Assembly (NCBI GenBank): GCA_036677065.1
Contig: JAKFBS010000002.1
Span: forward strand, 512,001 to 576,000
DNA from: Bdellovibrio sp.
Lineage (GTDB): Bacteria; Bdellovibrionota; Bdellovibrionia; Bdellovibrionales; Bdellovibrionaceae
Direction: 5' to 3'
DNA: 64,000 nucleotides
Every line of letters begins with the position of its first letter. The first letter of the stretch is position 1. This document shows, piece by piece, positions 46,571 through 56,843 of this stretch. The translations under genes and the position numbers were made by a program. The notes beneath the pieces are model-generated. The model made no database searches and was not told the DNA's origin. It saw nothing but the letters and a program-made list of their open reading frames with translations.

Positions 46571-47953
46571 ATGACTAACTCACAAACAATTCCCATTTAT
46601 AATTTAGGCAATGATTTTTACGACGAAGTCACACCTGCGACTTTTCCTGAAAAAAAATTAAGATATTTTAATCCCAATTTGAATTTGCAAACGATTCCCG
46701 ATTTCACCGTTGAACATCTTTGGCATTTTCATCCACTAAACAACAACATATTAAAACCCTTAGCGCTTCGTTATCATGGCCATCAATTTCGTCATTACAA
46801 CCCAGACATCGGCGATGGCCGCGGCTTTTTATATGCGCAAGTTATGCAAAATAATCAGTGGTATGACTTAGGCACAAAAGGTTCAGGTACAACCCCGTAT
46901 TCACGCAGTGGTGATGGACGTCTGACTTTGAAAGGCGCGGTTCGTGAGGCCTTAGCCACTGAAACCTTAGAATCTTACGGTGTTAATACCAGCAAAACGG
47001 CCTGCATTTTTGAAACAGGTGAAAGTTTAGTTCGTGGTGATGAACCAAGTCCAACGCGTTCGGCGGTTTTAACCCGCTATAGTCTAGGTCACATTCGCAT
47101 CGGCACTTTTCAGAGATTGGCTTTTTTTAATCAAACAGAAAATATTAAAAAATTAACTAAGTACGTTTTAAAATATTACTATCAAGACGAATGTAAAAAA
47201 TTAGACTGGGATAACGATCTTGATGTGGCGACACGTTTTTTACAATGCGTGGGTGAACGCTTAGCTCATCTGGCTGCGCAAGTGATGATGGCTGGTTTTG
47301 TTCATGGCGTTTTAAATTCAGATAATATTAATGTTTCAGGTGAGTTATTTGATTACGGGCCGTATCGCTTCTTGCCTGATTATGATCCGCAATTTACCGC
47401 GGCTTATTTTGACCAACAGGGTTTATACTGTTTTTCAGAACAACCAAGTAATTTTTTGTGGAATCTAGCGCAACTTACACAATGTTTAATGAAAGCTTAC
47501 CCTCAACTTCCGGGGCAATTGATCTTAGAAAACTTTCAAGAGCAATTTAATGATTATTTGTATTTAGCTTTTCAGAATAAATTAAATGTTCGCTTTATCG
47601 ATGATGAAACAACTACTGAAGCGATTTCTCTGTTTTTTCAAACCGTCACAGATAAGAGTATTAACTTTGAAGAAGCTTTTTTTGCGTTTCATTCAAGCCA
47701 CATCGACAAAGAATTACCCGCAAGTATTAAAGATATGACGTCTGCGCAGTTATTGAAAAAAATGATTGCATCAGCTCATGTCATTGATGAAAAAATTAAT
47801 ACGCACGCGTATTTTAAAAACGAAAAACCCGAGATGTTATTGATTGATGAGATCGAAGCGATTTGGAAAGAGATCAGTGATCAAGATAACTGGACTTTAT
47901 TCGAAAATAAAATCCAGTCGTTAAGATTATTTAGAGGCGTCTACAGTTTGTGA
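46571..47953 (+). CDS. selO: Protein adenylyltransferase SelO (YdiU)
   Basis: YHGHQF, GDGRG, KGSGTTPYSRSGDGR, HIRIGTF, GFVHGVLNSDN, DYGP. Confidence 0.92.
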   Translation: MTNSQTIPIYNLGNDFYDEVTPATFPEKKLRYFNPNLNLQTIPDFTVEHLWHFHPLNNNILKPLALRYHGHQFRHYNPDIGDGRGFLYAQVMQNNQWYDLGTKGSGTTPYSRSGDGRLTLKGAVREALATETLESYGVNTSKTACIFETGESLVRGDEPSPTRSAVLTRYSLGHIRIGTFQRLAFFNQTENIKKLTKYVLKYYYQDECKKLDWDNDLDVATRFLQCVGERLAHLAAQVMMAGFVHGVLNSDNINVSGELFDYGPYRFLPDYDPQFTAAYFDQQGLYCFSEQPSNFLWNLAQLTQCLMKAYPQLPGQLILENFQEQFNDYLYLAFQNKLNVRFIDDETTTEAISLFFQTVTDKSINFEEAFFAFHSSHIDKELPASIKDMTSAQLLKKMIASAHVIDEKINTHAYFKNEKPEMLLIDEIEAIWKEISDQDNWTLFENKIQSLRLFRGVYSL

Positions 47954-50900
47954 ATGACTGTTACTTTCATCATGGCCACTTCCTGCGTAAGCAGCAACTG
48001 GCGCTTCATCATCGCCTTGGAATCTGCGCACTAGTCTTTGCGACCAGTTACGGAATCCCTCGATATAACCAAATGCTGCCGGAACAACGATTAAAGTTAA
48101 TAACGTCGAAGATAAAATACCGCTGATGATCGCCACGCCCATCGATTGACGTTGAGTCCCTAACTCAGTCACACCAATGGCGATCGGAATCATACCCGCA
48201 ATTAACGCTAACGATGTCATTACGATTGGACGTAAGCGCGTGCGCGATGCTTTAACAATGGCCTTATTCATCTCGATACCGTCATCCATTAAGTGTTTTG
48301 TGTAATCCACAAGTAGAATCGAGTTCTTCGCAACCACTCCCATTAATAGGATGAGTCCGATGATCGAGAAAATATCGATCGATAAGTTAAAGACCACAAG
48401 ACCTACGAAGGCTCCAGAAATACCTAATGGTAACGCCAGTAAAATCGTGAACGGAGTGACGAAACTTTCATACAGCGAAGCAAGGACTAGATAAATAAAT
48501 AGAACTCCTAGGCCCATAGCGATGATCATATTACCAATAAGATCTTTAAAGTCTTGCGCTTGACCTTCGAATTTGTAAGTTACACCTAATGGTGGTTTCA
48601 ACTCATTAGCTAACATTCTTTCGATCTCGGTAGTGATCGTGCCTAACTGTCCGCCCGGCCCTAAGTTTGCGGTAATGGCAATGAAGCGTCCTTTATTTTG
48701 ACGATTGATTTGCGAATACCCTAAAGCCTCTTCAGCTTGAGCGACACGGTTAAGTGGAATCATATTAAAATTCGAATTAGGAACAAACGTCGTATTAAAT
48801 TCTTTTTTCAAATCCATTTCTGAATCCGGAAATTTCATACGCACATCATACTCAATACCATTTTGACGGTAAACTGCAGGTAGCGCACCTTCTGTGCGGT
48901 AACGAAGTTCTGCACCGGCAGTTACTGTCGAAATACCTAAAGCTTCTGAACGTTCACGGTTAAACACCACATGAAATTCAGGCTTACCACCGCGAAAGTT
49001 AGTATCCACGTCAACTAAGCCAGGAATCGCCTGAATTTTCTTTTGCAATTCTAGAGTGTACTTAGAAAGCTCTTCTAAGTTATCACCAACGATATATAGA
49101 TTAAGTGGTTTTTGTCCACCGCCACCGATATCGTAGTCACCTACGGCAATGATCGCATCATTTTTATAATTTTCAGTAATTTTTCTGACCATCTCTTTGA
49201 CATCAGTTGTTGAATAACCTTTACGCTCTTTTGCAGGTTTAAGTGCAACGTAGAAATCAGCTTTGTTTGATTCAAAAGACATCGAACCCACTGTCAGGGC
49301 CACGACTTTCACTTGCGGAAGAGCTTTAACTTCGGCTTCCAGTTTTTTAGCGAATTCGAAAGTTCCGGCTAATGAGGTTCCCACCGGAGCTTCAATAGAA
49401 ACTGTAAACTCACCAGTATCTGCAGCTGGTAAGAAAGTTTTTTTAACAATCGCACCGCCGCCAATTGTTGCGACTAAGAAAAACGTAAGAGCACTGGCTA
49501 ATACGGTTTTACGGTGGCCAAGTGTCCAATTAAGTGCTGCTTCATAAACGTCTTCAAGCTTTGTTTGAAAGCGATCAAAAGCCGCAAGCATTCTATTAAT
49601 AAAGTTATCTTTTTTCTTTTCATGATCTTTTTTAGTCACCATGTAAGCTGAAAGCATCGGCGCAACAGTAAAGGCATCCCACAATGAAATAATCATGGTG
49701 AACACGACGGTTAAGCCGAACTGTTTAAAGAACTGCCCGATGATTCCAGGCACGAACGCAATTGGACCAAACACGGCAATAACCACTAACGTTGTGGCCA
49801 CTACCGCTAAAGCAACTTCTTTTGTTCCTTCAATGGCTGCTGTTTTTGGATCTTTACCCATTTCTAAATGTCTAAAAATATTTTCACGCACAACAATGGC
49901 ATCATCGATCAGTAACCCGACCGCAAGCGACAGAGCGATCAATGTCATGATGTTTAATGAAAAACCCATCGCGTACATTAAGATGAATCCACCTAATAAG
50001 GAATTCGGTAACGCCAGACCAGTAATAAAAGTAGATTTTGCCGACCCTAAGAAGAAAAACACCACTAAAATACAAAGTGCAATACCGATAAAGATTGTCT
50101 CTTTAACGTCCGCCACATTCAATCGAATCGGAACTGATCCATCACGAACCATTTTAGCTTCTGCATTAATTTTCTTTTCTTTTAAAAAAGCATTAACCAG
50201 CTCTACTTGTTCTTTTACCCGATCTGCAACAGCTACGGTATTTGCACCAGACTGCTTGTACACTTGTAAGAATAAAGCGGTCTTTCCGTCGATTGATGAA
50301 AAACGTTGAGCTTTAGCTAAACTTTCTTTTACTTCGGCGACTTCTGATAATTTCACTGGACGATCTGAACCGATAAAGTTAACGGCCACATTTTTAATTT
50401 GGTCTAAACTTCCGAATTCACCCACGGTACGATACACGGTTTCATTTTTTGCTGTCTCGTATTTACCGATAGGAATATCTTTTGATGTATCTTCGATGCG
50501 TTTTGCAATCTGCACCATTGATAACTGGCGATCTTGAAGTTTATCTTTATCAACTAAGATTTGAATTTCTTTTTTACGACCACCGACGATACTAACTAAA
50601 CCCACATCTGGCAGACGCTCGAATAGTGGTTTAATTTGTTCATTAGCGATATCATATAAGGCTGCCGGATCTAAATCAGAATTCACCGCAATCATCACGA
50701 TCGGCTGATCGGCTGGATCAAATCTGCGAATAATTGGCTCTTCAGCATCGTCTGGAAGTTTATTGCGGATATTCGAGATACGATTTCTAACTTGCTGTTC
50801 AGATTCTTTAATATCAACACCAAGTTTGAACTTAATGATGATTGAACCTAAAGAGTCATAGTTAAAAGAAGATACAGTTTCAACGCCAGGGAGGGACGAT

Positions 50901-51112
50901 ACTTCATCTTCGATCGGTTTTGAAATTTGGCGCTCGACGTCCACAGGAGAAGCCCCTGGATACATTACTTGCACGGCTACAACGGGGAATGTTACATCCG
51001 GAAATTGATCCACTGGCATTTTCTTGTAGGACATCAGCCCCAAAACAATCATTAAAATAACTAAACACGTAATAAAAATCGGACGTTTAATCGATAGTTC
51101 TGCTAAATTCAT
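47927..51112 (-). CDS. RND efflux transporter permease (HAE1/AcrB-like)
   Basis: IKRPI, GLLIDDAIVVRENIFRH, GVVAKNSILLVDY, RLRPIVMTS; 1061 aa. Confidence 0.95.
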   Translation of the reverse strand: MNLAELSIKRPIFITCLVILMIVLGLMSYKKMPVDQFPDVTFPVVAVQVMYPGASPVDVERQISKPIEDEVSSLPGVETVSSFNYDSLGSIIIKFKLGVDIKESEQQVRNRISNIRNKLPDDAEEPIIRRFDPADQPIVMIAVNSDLDPAALYDIANEQIKPLFERLPDVGLVSIVGGRKKEIQILVDKDKLQDRQLSMVQIAKRIEDTSKDIPIGKYETAKNETVYRTVGEFGSLDQIKNVAVNFIGSDRPVKLSEVAEVKESLAKAQRFSSIDGKTALFLQVYKQSGANTVAVADRVKEQVELVNAFLKEKKINAEAKMVRDGSVPIRLNVADVKETIFIGIALCILVVFFFLGSAKSTFITGLALPNSLLGGFILMYAMGFSLNIMTLIALSLAVGLLIDDAIVVRENIFRHLEMGKDPKTAAIEGTKEVALAVVATTLVVIAVFGPIAFVPGIIGQFFKQFGLTVVFTMIISLWDAFTVAPMLSAYMVTKKDHEKKKDNFINRMLAAFDRFQTKLEDVYEAALNWTLGHRKTVLASALTFFLVATIGGGAIVKKTFLPAADTGEFTVSIEAPVGTSLAGTFEFAKKLEAEVKALPQVKVVALTVGSMSFESNKADFYVALKPAKERKGYSTTDVKEMVRKITENYKNDAIIAVGDYDIGGGGQKPLNLYIVGDNLEELSKYTLELQKKIQAIPGLVDVDTNFRGGKPEFHVVFNRERSEALGISTVTAGAELRYRTEGALPAVYRQNGIEYDVRMKFPDSEMDLKKEFNTTFVPNSNFNMIPLNRVAQAEEALGYSQINRQNKGRFIAITANLGPGGQLGTITTEIERMLANELKPPLGVTYKFEGQAQDFKDLIGNMIIAMGLGVLFIYLVLASLYESFVTPFTILLALPLGISGAFVGLVVFNLSIDIFSIIGLILLMGVVAKNSILLVDYTKHLMDDGIEMNKAIVKASRTRLRPIVMTSLALIAGMIPIAIGVTELGTQRQSMGVAIISGILSSTLLTLIVVPAAFGYIEGFRNWSQRLVRRFQGDDEAPVAAYAGSGHDESNSHSQTVDASK

Positions 51113-51115
51113 GAC

Positions 51116-52558
51116 TTACTCCGCACCGTTTACAGTGTCGATAAAAAATAAACTTGAAGCTTCAAGCTTTCTTAAGCTTGATCTTGTTCTTAATAAATTA
51201 ATTTCTGCTTCAGCGGCGTCGGTTTCAGCAAGCACCACATTGGCAGTTACTGTGCGGCCTTTAGAAAGCTTATCTTGTTCGGCTTTTGCTCGCTCACGTT
51301 GGTAACCCGCTACTTTTTCTAAAGTAGCTACAGAGTTTTTCAATACGTCGTACTTACGGATTAAATCAGTCCAAGCATCCTGACCTTCGCTACGTCTTTT
51401 TTCTGCTTTATATTTTGCGGCTAAAGCATCTTTTCTAGCAGCCTCACGAGTTGCTGATTTTGCTCCCGTTTCAAAGATCCAAGTTAAATTCACGCCAATT
51501 GAATTTTTTGGATAATCATCTTTAGTCATATCACTCACCGCTTGTTGGTGATCACGGTCATATGAAGTTCTTGTATAATTCGCAAACACAGATAAATCCG
51601 GGCGTAAAGCATCCACTGTTTCATCTGCAATGAGCGAACGAGCTTCGGCTTCAAGAGAAGCAATGCGAGCTTCGATTTTTTCAACGTTTTTCATTTTAAC
51701 AAGATTAATTAAATATGGACGAGAAGTTCCTAAATCACCGTTAATTTGCGGAGTTTGTTCATTATCAGCTAATTGTAAATTATCGCGAAGTTTAACTTCT
51801 TGGGCTTTTACTTCTTCTTCAGCAGCGATAAATTGAGCTTCACGTAAAGCCATGAGTGCCTTTGCATTCATTAAATCAGAACGATCAGAAATCCCGTTAC
51901 TTACGCGATTAGCTGTCCATTTATCAATTTTTTGCGCGCGCTCTAAGTTTGCTTTTTTAAGTTTAAAATCTTCTTGAGCAAGAGCGTAATCCCAATAGTT
52001 TGATTCAACATCATATAAAGCCAGGCGGGCTTGTAATTCAGCACCTAACTTTTCTACTTCAGCTAATTTCTCTAAACGAGAAACTTTTGTGCGCGTTCCG
52101 TGCCCAAAAGAATCTTTCCATAGAGATTGCTGGAGAGTTACACCAACGCTTCCGGTACTGTACATGTCGTAGCCCGGTATCACTGAACCTGTATTTGTAA
52201 ATTCGCCAGTTTGCGCATCTAATTTAACTAATGTTCCTGTAAAGAACTTTTTCGCAATTCCTAGATTGTAAACTTCAGCCTCACGCTCAGGACCAAGTTG
52301 ATTCGGGCGTGATTTATCATTTGAAGTTACGTAACCGAAAGTCAAAACTGGAGCTAAATCAATTTCAGCAGCTTTTGTTTTAAGGTCTGCCGATTCAAGA
52401 CTGTATTGATAAGATTTTAAAAGCGGATTTTTTTCTTTAGCTAATCCGATATACTCGTCAATTGATATGGCTTGCGCATCTTGAATGAACAAAGCCAGGG
52501 TTGCTGTCATAACAATGGCTAAAAATTTACATTGTTGCTTTACGGTTGAAGTTCTCAC
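51116..52558 (-). CDS. TolC-family outer-membrane efflux protein
   Basis: Signal peptide; AKEKNP, two OEP-type repeats with coiled-coil helices; between tetR and RND genes. Confidence 0.85.
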   Translation of the reverse strand: MRTSTVKQQCKFLAIVMTATLALFIQDAQAISIDEYIGLAKEKNPLLKSYQYSLESADLKTKAAEIDLAPVLTFGYVTSNDKSRPNQLGPEREAEVYNLGIAKKFFTGTLVKLDAQTGEFTNTGSVIPGYDMYSTGSVGVTLQQSLWKDSFGHGTRTKVSRLEKLAEVEKLGAELQARLALYDVESNYWDYALAQEDFKLKKANLERAQKIDKWTANRVSNGISDRSDLMNAKALMALREAQFIAAEEEVKAQEVKLRDNLQLADNEQTPQINGDLGTSRPYLINLVKMKNVEKIEARIASLEAEARSLIADETVDALRPDLSVFANYTRTSYDRDHQQAVSDMTKDDYPKNSIGVNLTWIFETGAKSATREAARKDALAAKYKAEKRRSEGQDAWTDLIRKYDVLKNSVATLEKVAGYQRERAKAEQDKLSKGRTVTANVVLAETDAAEAEINLLRTRSSLRKLEASSLFFIDTVNGAE

Positions 52559-53193
52559 ACTAGAGCTCCTGTTAAAAATAGATCGACTACTTGTTTTTTA
52601 AATAAATTTTTATCTTTTATGAATTCTTCGCAATCTTTGTTGATTTGGGTTTCACAGTCCATGAGTTCAAAGAAACCAAAAACACCTTCTGAAAGCAGAA
52701 CAAAAAATATTGCGGGGTGAAGATTTTTCTTCACGATACCTTTGGCTTGCGCTGCTTTAAACATTTCAAAAAAGTTTTGAATCATTGGGTAAAAAACTTC
52801 TTCGTGAACTTCTTTGCATAACGGCATACCTTCAATTTTTTCACGGGCCAAGATCAACGAAATTTCGGGATGCGAGGTTCGCATTTCGATCATATTGCCA
52901 ACCATCGTTTCAACTTCTTTCATAAAAAGTTCTTTAGTCATTGGTTGGCTGCGAAATTCAGAAATCGAAGGCTGAACTTTTTCACGCACTTTTAAAGCGA
53001 ACTCGCGAATCACTTCGCGGTATAAACCTTCTTTACCGCCGAAGTGATAAGAGATTAATGAAATATTAGCTTGTGAATCTTTTGAAATATCGCGAGTCGA
53101 TGTTTTGTCTAAACCGCATCTAGAAAATAACTTAGCGGCAGCTGCCAAAATACATGTCTTCGCATCTTGTTTTGAATTTGGTTTAGCAGACAT
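52555..53193 (-). CDS. TetR/AcrR-family transcriptional regulator
   Basis: ILAAAAKLFSRCGLDKTSTRDISKDSQANISLISYHFGGKEGLY. Confidence 0.92.
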   Translation of the reverse strand: MSAKPNSKQDAKTCILAAAAKLFSRCGLDKTSTRDISKDSQANISLISYHFGGKEGLYREVIREFALKVREKVQPSISEFRSQPMTKELFMKEVETMVGNMIEMRTSHPEISLILAREKIEGMPLCKEVHEEVFYPMIQNFFEMFKAAQAKGIVKKNLHPAIFFVLLSEGVFGFFELMDCETQINKDCEEFIKDKNLFKKQVVDLFLTGALV

Positions 53194-53253
53194 AAAATCC
53201 TCGGGTTATCTAATTAAGCTAACTTAGGATCGGTTAAAAAGCAGTAAAAATTT

Positions 53254-53269
53254 AATCAATCGTTTGATT
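53254..53269. promoter_or_regulatory. Putative TetR operator
   Basis: Inverted repeat AATCAA-TCGT-TTGATT about 60 nt upstream of the tetR start. Confidence 0.55.
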
Positions 53270-53361
53270 TTATTGTAACTTACTGAATTTACTGATGAAT
53301 TTTAGTCTCATTTAATAATCACTAGGGTGTTTACTCTAATTTTTTGCGGCCTTTTGGATAC

Positions 53362-53393
53362 AAAAAAACCCTGAAAGTATCTACTTCCAGGGT
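53362..53393 (-). terminator. Rho-independent terminator after the Cys/His lipoprotein gene
   Basis: A-tract, then ACCCTGAAAGTA...TACTTCCAGGGT stem. Confidence 0.7.
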
Positions 53394-53426
53394 CTATTTT
53401 ATAACTAAATATGTTCTCTTAAGAAA

Positions 53427-53639
53427 CTAAGAACCTTTAGCGCACTCAGTACAACCAGCAGCTTTTTTCTCATCTTTTTTAGCTGTGTCGTGGCCGCCGC
53501 ATTTACAAGCTGTACCTGATTTTTCGCACGCACAAGCTGCTCCACCGTGATCGTGTTTGTGGCCGCCAGACATATGGCCGCAACCTTGAGCAGTGACAAA
53601 AAGTGTAAATAAAATTGACGTAGCTAGGATTTTTTTCAT
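53427..53639 (-). CDS. Small Cys/His-rich lipoprotein (metal-binding candidate)
   Basis: GGAG RBS; lipobox-like AQGC; HKHDH, CAC, CKC and CTEC motifs. Confidence 0.75.
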   Translation of the reverse strand: MKKILATSILFTLFVTAQGCGHMSGGHKHDHGGAACACEKSGTACKCGGHDTAKKDEKKAAGCTECAKGS

Positions 53640-53776
53640 GAATTCTCCGTGGTTATGTTTAATTTCGAGAGAAAAAATCTGTTAAATTAGGCTTTCTCTC
53701 TCACCTTTGATATTTTTGCCCAAGTTTCAGTTAAAGACAACTGGACTAAGGCGCGGTTCAGCGCCTAGGGGGATCC

Positions 53777-54703
53777 ATGAAAAAGTCTATATTAGTTAGC
53801 CTGCTCGTGACCACATCATTAATAAGCCAACTGGCTTATGCTCAGGTCGATAATTCTGATCTAACCGGAACGACAACCCTTCTCGTAGGACCAGCGCCTA
53901 CTGAAGTGCCGACTAAGGCACAAGAGCTTTATACTCCACGAAATAATGTCTATTACATTAAAATACACCAAGTTGCAGATAAAATTATCTCGATCGTAAG
54001 CAGCTTAAATATGTTCTTATTAGATAATTTAATCGCACAAAATAATGAAGAGATGTCATTACTTGATTTTGAATATCGCGAAAATCCAGAAGTCACTGTT
54101 GAAGCTTACGAACGCATTCATCATTTCGGTGGCTGGGTAAAAAACAAAAAAAGTGGCGATTGTTTTAATACACGCAATAAAGTCCTCGTTCGCGAAAACA
54201 TCGGTGATATTAAATTAAAAGAATCAAACAAATGTTCTGTCGAATCTGGCGAATGGGTTGATCCATATTCTGGAAACACCATGACTGATGCACAAATTGA
54301 AATTCAAATCGATCACATGGTTCCACTTAAAGAAGCCTATATTTCTGGAGCTCATAAATGGACATTTAAAGAACGCTGTTTGTACGGAAACTACTTAGGT
54401 TACAAAAACCATTTAGTGGCTGTTAGCGGTGAAGAGAACAACGAAAAAAGCGCTAAGACTCCTGAAGACTATATGCCAAGCAATCAAGCCAATCACTGTG
54501 GTTATTTAAAAGACTGGTTAAAGATTAAATCTTTCTGGGGATTAAGCTTAGTGCCTGAAGAGATGAAGGCTATTCGCAAACTGGTGGAAGAAGCAAACTG
54601 TGATAAATCAGAATTTACCGTGACGCAAAAAGAGCTTGAAGAACAAGAAAAGTTCTTTAAAGCCAACGCTGAACTTTGCCGGGTTTACGAAAGTCATAAG
54701 TAA
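53777..54703 (+). CDS. Secreted HNH endonuclease (DUF1524-like)
   Basis: Signal peptide; CFNTRNKVL, GEWVDPYSG, IDHMVPLKEA..SGA..W, LVAVS..EN..KS. Confidence 0.85.
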   Translation: MKKSILVSLLVTTSLISQLAYAQVDNSDLTGTTTLLVGPAPTEVPTKAQELYTPRNNVYYIKIHQVADKIISIVSSLNMFLLDNLIAQNNEEMSLLDFEYRENPEVTVEAYERIHHFGGWVKNKKSGDCFNTRNKVLVRENIGDIKLKESNKCSVESGEWVDPYSGNTMTDAQIEIQIDHMVPLKEAYISGAHKWTFKERCLYGNYLGYKNHLVAVSGEENNEKSAKTPEDYMPSNQANHCGYLKDWLKIKSFWGLSLVPEEMKAIRKLVEEANCDKSEFTVTQKELEEQEKFFKANAELCRVYESHK

Positions 54704-54709
54704 TCGCAT

Positions 54710-54744
54710 AAAAAAAAGCCGCTTCTAACAAGCGGCTTTTTTTT
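54710..54744. terminator. Bidirectional rho-independent terminator
   Basis: A8-GCCGCTT-CTAAC-AAGCGGC-T8 between convergent genes. Confidence 0.9.
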
Positions 54745-54767
54745 ATTTCTAATTTTTAAATCTAAAA

Positions 54768-56699
54768 CTAATTCAAATTCTTTTTAAAGAACTCAATCAT
54801 GTGACCGATTTCTAAAACTTGATTTTCTTTCTTGCTTGATCCATGACCTTCATCAGCAAAAATAATTAATTCTGAAGCGATTTTTTTCTTTTGTAGCGTC
54901 TCATGAATTTGAATCGCCTCACCTGCCGGCACACGCGGGTCATTTGCACCTTGAATGATCATTAAAGGGTCTCGCACTTGATCCACGTAAGTGATTGGTG
55001 AAAGCTTGATTAATGATTCTTTATCTTTAACGGGGTCACCGTATTCAGTGATACGTAAAATTCTGCGGTACGGAGCTGTGTTATTTAAAAATGAAACTAA
55101 ATCACTCATGCCAACCAACGCTACACCCGTGTTGTAAGCTCCTGCAAAGCGGCTCATAGCCATTAACGTTGCATAACCACCGTAACTCCACCCCATCACA
55201 CCAATTTTCGGTGTAACGCCATTGCGAGCCCAGTTTTTTTTCATCCAAGTCGCCGCATCTTCGATATCTGTTATAACAGCTTCACGCTTTGGACCATTAT
55301 CCATATCGATCCATGTTTTACCGTAACCATCACTTCCGCGCACATTCGGCTCAGCAAAGATAAAACCTTCATTCACAAACGCTTGGGCCATCGGGCTAAA
55401 GCCTGCTTCAGATTGCCCTTCTGGGCCGCCGTGAAAGTGCACTACGATCGGACAAGTATTTTCTTTGCAGCCTTTTGGAAAACGCACGAACATCGGAATT
55501 TTAACGCCATCGCGAGTTTCATAATTCATAAGTTCAGCGACCGCGAAAGATTTTAAATCGACTTCTGGAGCAGATGGTAAAACCCACTGAGTCATTTGTT
55601 TTGTGTTCCAGTTATAAGAATAACTTACCCGTGGAGTTTGGGCAGAGATCACACCCACCATCGTCACAGAACTATCACGTGTAGTTTTGCCGGCAAAAAC
55701 ATGGTCGGCATTTTTAAATTTAGGCAAATCAATGGGTTTAAACGTTTTTGCATTCATGGCATACAATTCAGTATAACCATCACGATTTACGTTATAAACA
55801 ATGCGTGTTCTTTTTTCATCAATCGAAAAACCAGAAACATCGAATTTTAAATTTTTATCAGTTAGTGGTTTTAGGTCTTTTGATTTGCCCGGCACGAAAA
55901 GATATAATTTTTTAAATTCTTCTTTCGGAGTTTGTACAAGATATTCACCTTTTTTAGCGCTAAATGAAACTTCAAATTCACCTTTTTCATCAACACCGAT
56001 GATAGGCTCAAGTTTTTTAGTCGCCTGATCATAAGTGTAGTATTCAGAAGTTTTAGAGCCAGTAGCTTTATAGAATAACAATTCCTTGCCATCATCTTTT
56101 TGATCAGCAATACCCCAGTAGCCGCTGCCTTCGTAAACTAATGTTTTTTCACCCGTAGCAAGATCCATTTTATAAATATTGTATGAATCAGGCTTAGTAT
56201 CGTTAGCCGTGAAATAAATCGTATTTGAATCTTTAGTGATAAAATCAAAGCGCGTTTGCACTTTAGCTTTACGGTACAATTCTGTGATTTGCCCTGTTGC
56301 TAAATCTAATTTAAAAATCCCCGGATTTTCTTCGCCGTTGCTGTCTTTAGAAATAATTAAAAATTTACCATTGGGTGCGATTTCACTTAAACTGACCGCA
56401 TCCGAGCCAGAAGTTAACTGCACCGGAAATTTTTGTGGGCCATCGATTTTCCAGACATGGCTAATGCCTGTTACACGCCATGTGAAAAATAACGTCTTTT
56501 TATCAGGTGATAACAATCCCATTCCAGGCGCTGTCACATCAAACATTTTTTTAAGCTTATTCGTCATGACCGGGTTTAAAGCAGGCGGTGCGTATTTTTT
56601 TAAAGTTTCAGCACTTACTGATTCGCTACCGTGCCCTTTATACTGAGCCATCACATTCACTGCTAATAACGAAGTAATCGCAAAAGACATCCATTTCAT
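54768..56699 (-). CDS. S9-family (prolyl oligopeptidase / acylaminoacyl-peptidase-like) secreted peptidase
   Basis: Signal peptide; HGGPEGQ, PNVRGSDGYG, GWSYGG, GANDPRV, DEGHG. Confidence 0.93.
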   Translation of the reverse strand: MKWMSFAITSLLAVNVMAQYKGHGSESVSAETLKKYAPPALNPVMTNKLKKMFDVTAPGMGLLSPDKKTLFFTWRVTGISHVWKIDGPQKFPVQLTSGSDAVSLSEIAPNGKFLIISKDSNGEENPGIFKLDLATGQITELYRKAKVQTRFDFITKDSNTIYFTANDTKPDSYNIYKMDLATGEKTLVYEGSGYWGIADQKDDGKELLFYKATGSKTSEYYTYDQATKKLEPIIGVDEKGEFEVSFSAKKGEYLVQTPKEEFKKLYLFVPGKSKDLKPLTDKNLKFDVSGFSIDEKRTRIVYNVNRDGYTELYAMNAKTFKPIDLPKFKNADHVFAGKTTRDSSVTMVGVISAQTPRVSYSYNWNTKQMTQWVLPSAPEVDLKSFAVAELMNYETRDGVKIPMFVRFPKGCKENTCPIVVHFHGGPEGQSEAGFSPMAQAFVNEGFIFAEPNVRGSDGYGKTWIDMDNGPKREAVITDIEDAATWMKKNWARNGVTPKIGVMGWSYGGYATLMAMSRFAGAYNTGVALVGMSDLVSFLNNTAPYRRILRITEYGDPVKDKESLIKLSPITYVDQVRDPLMIIQGANDPRVPAGEAIQIHETLQKKKIASELIIFADEGHGSSKKENQVLEIGHMIEFFKKNLN

Positions 56700-56843
56700 A
56701 AAAATTCCCTCTTTTTTAATGGTTACCCAGTTATCTTAAAACTTAAGCAGCGGTTGTCATGTAATATTTTTTAGTTTGTTTAACCTTTTTACCTACCTGG
56801 CCAGTCTAAAGTTTCGTCTGGACCCAATGGAGGGGTTTAAATA

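Noticed and set aside
53229..53256. Sigma28 promoter upstream of tetR (TAAA-N16-ACCGATCC)
   Set aside because: The spacing and -10 tail deviate from consensus in AT-rich DNA; too weak to call.
53777..54703. HNH gene as a homing endonuclease or restriction/defence system
   Set aside because: It has a signal peptide, and no intron, methylase or other defence genes are adjacent.
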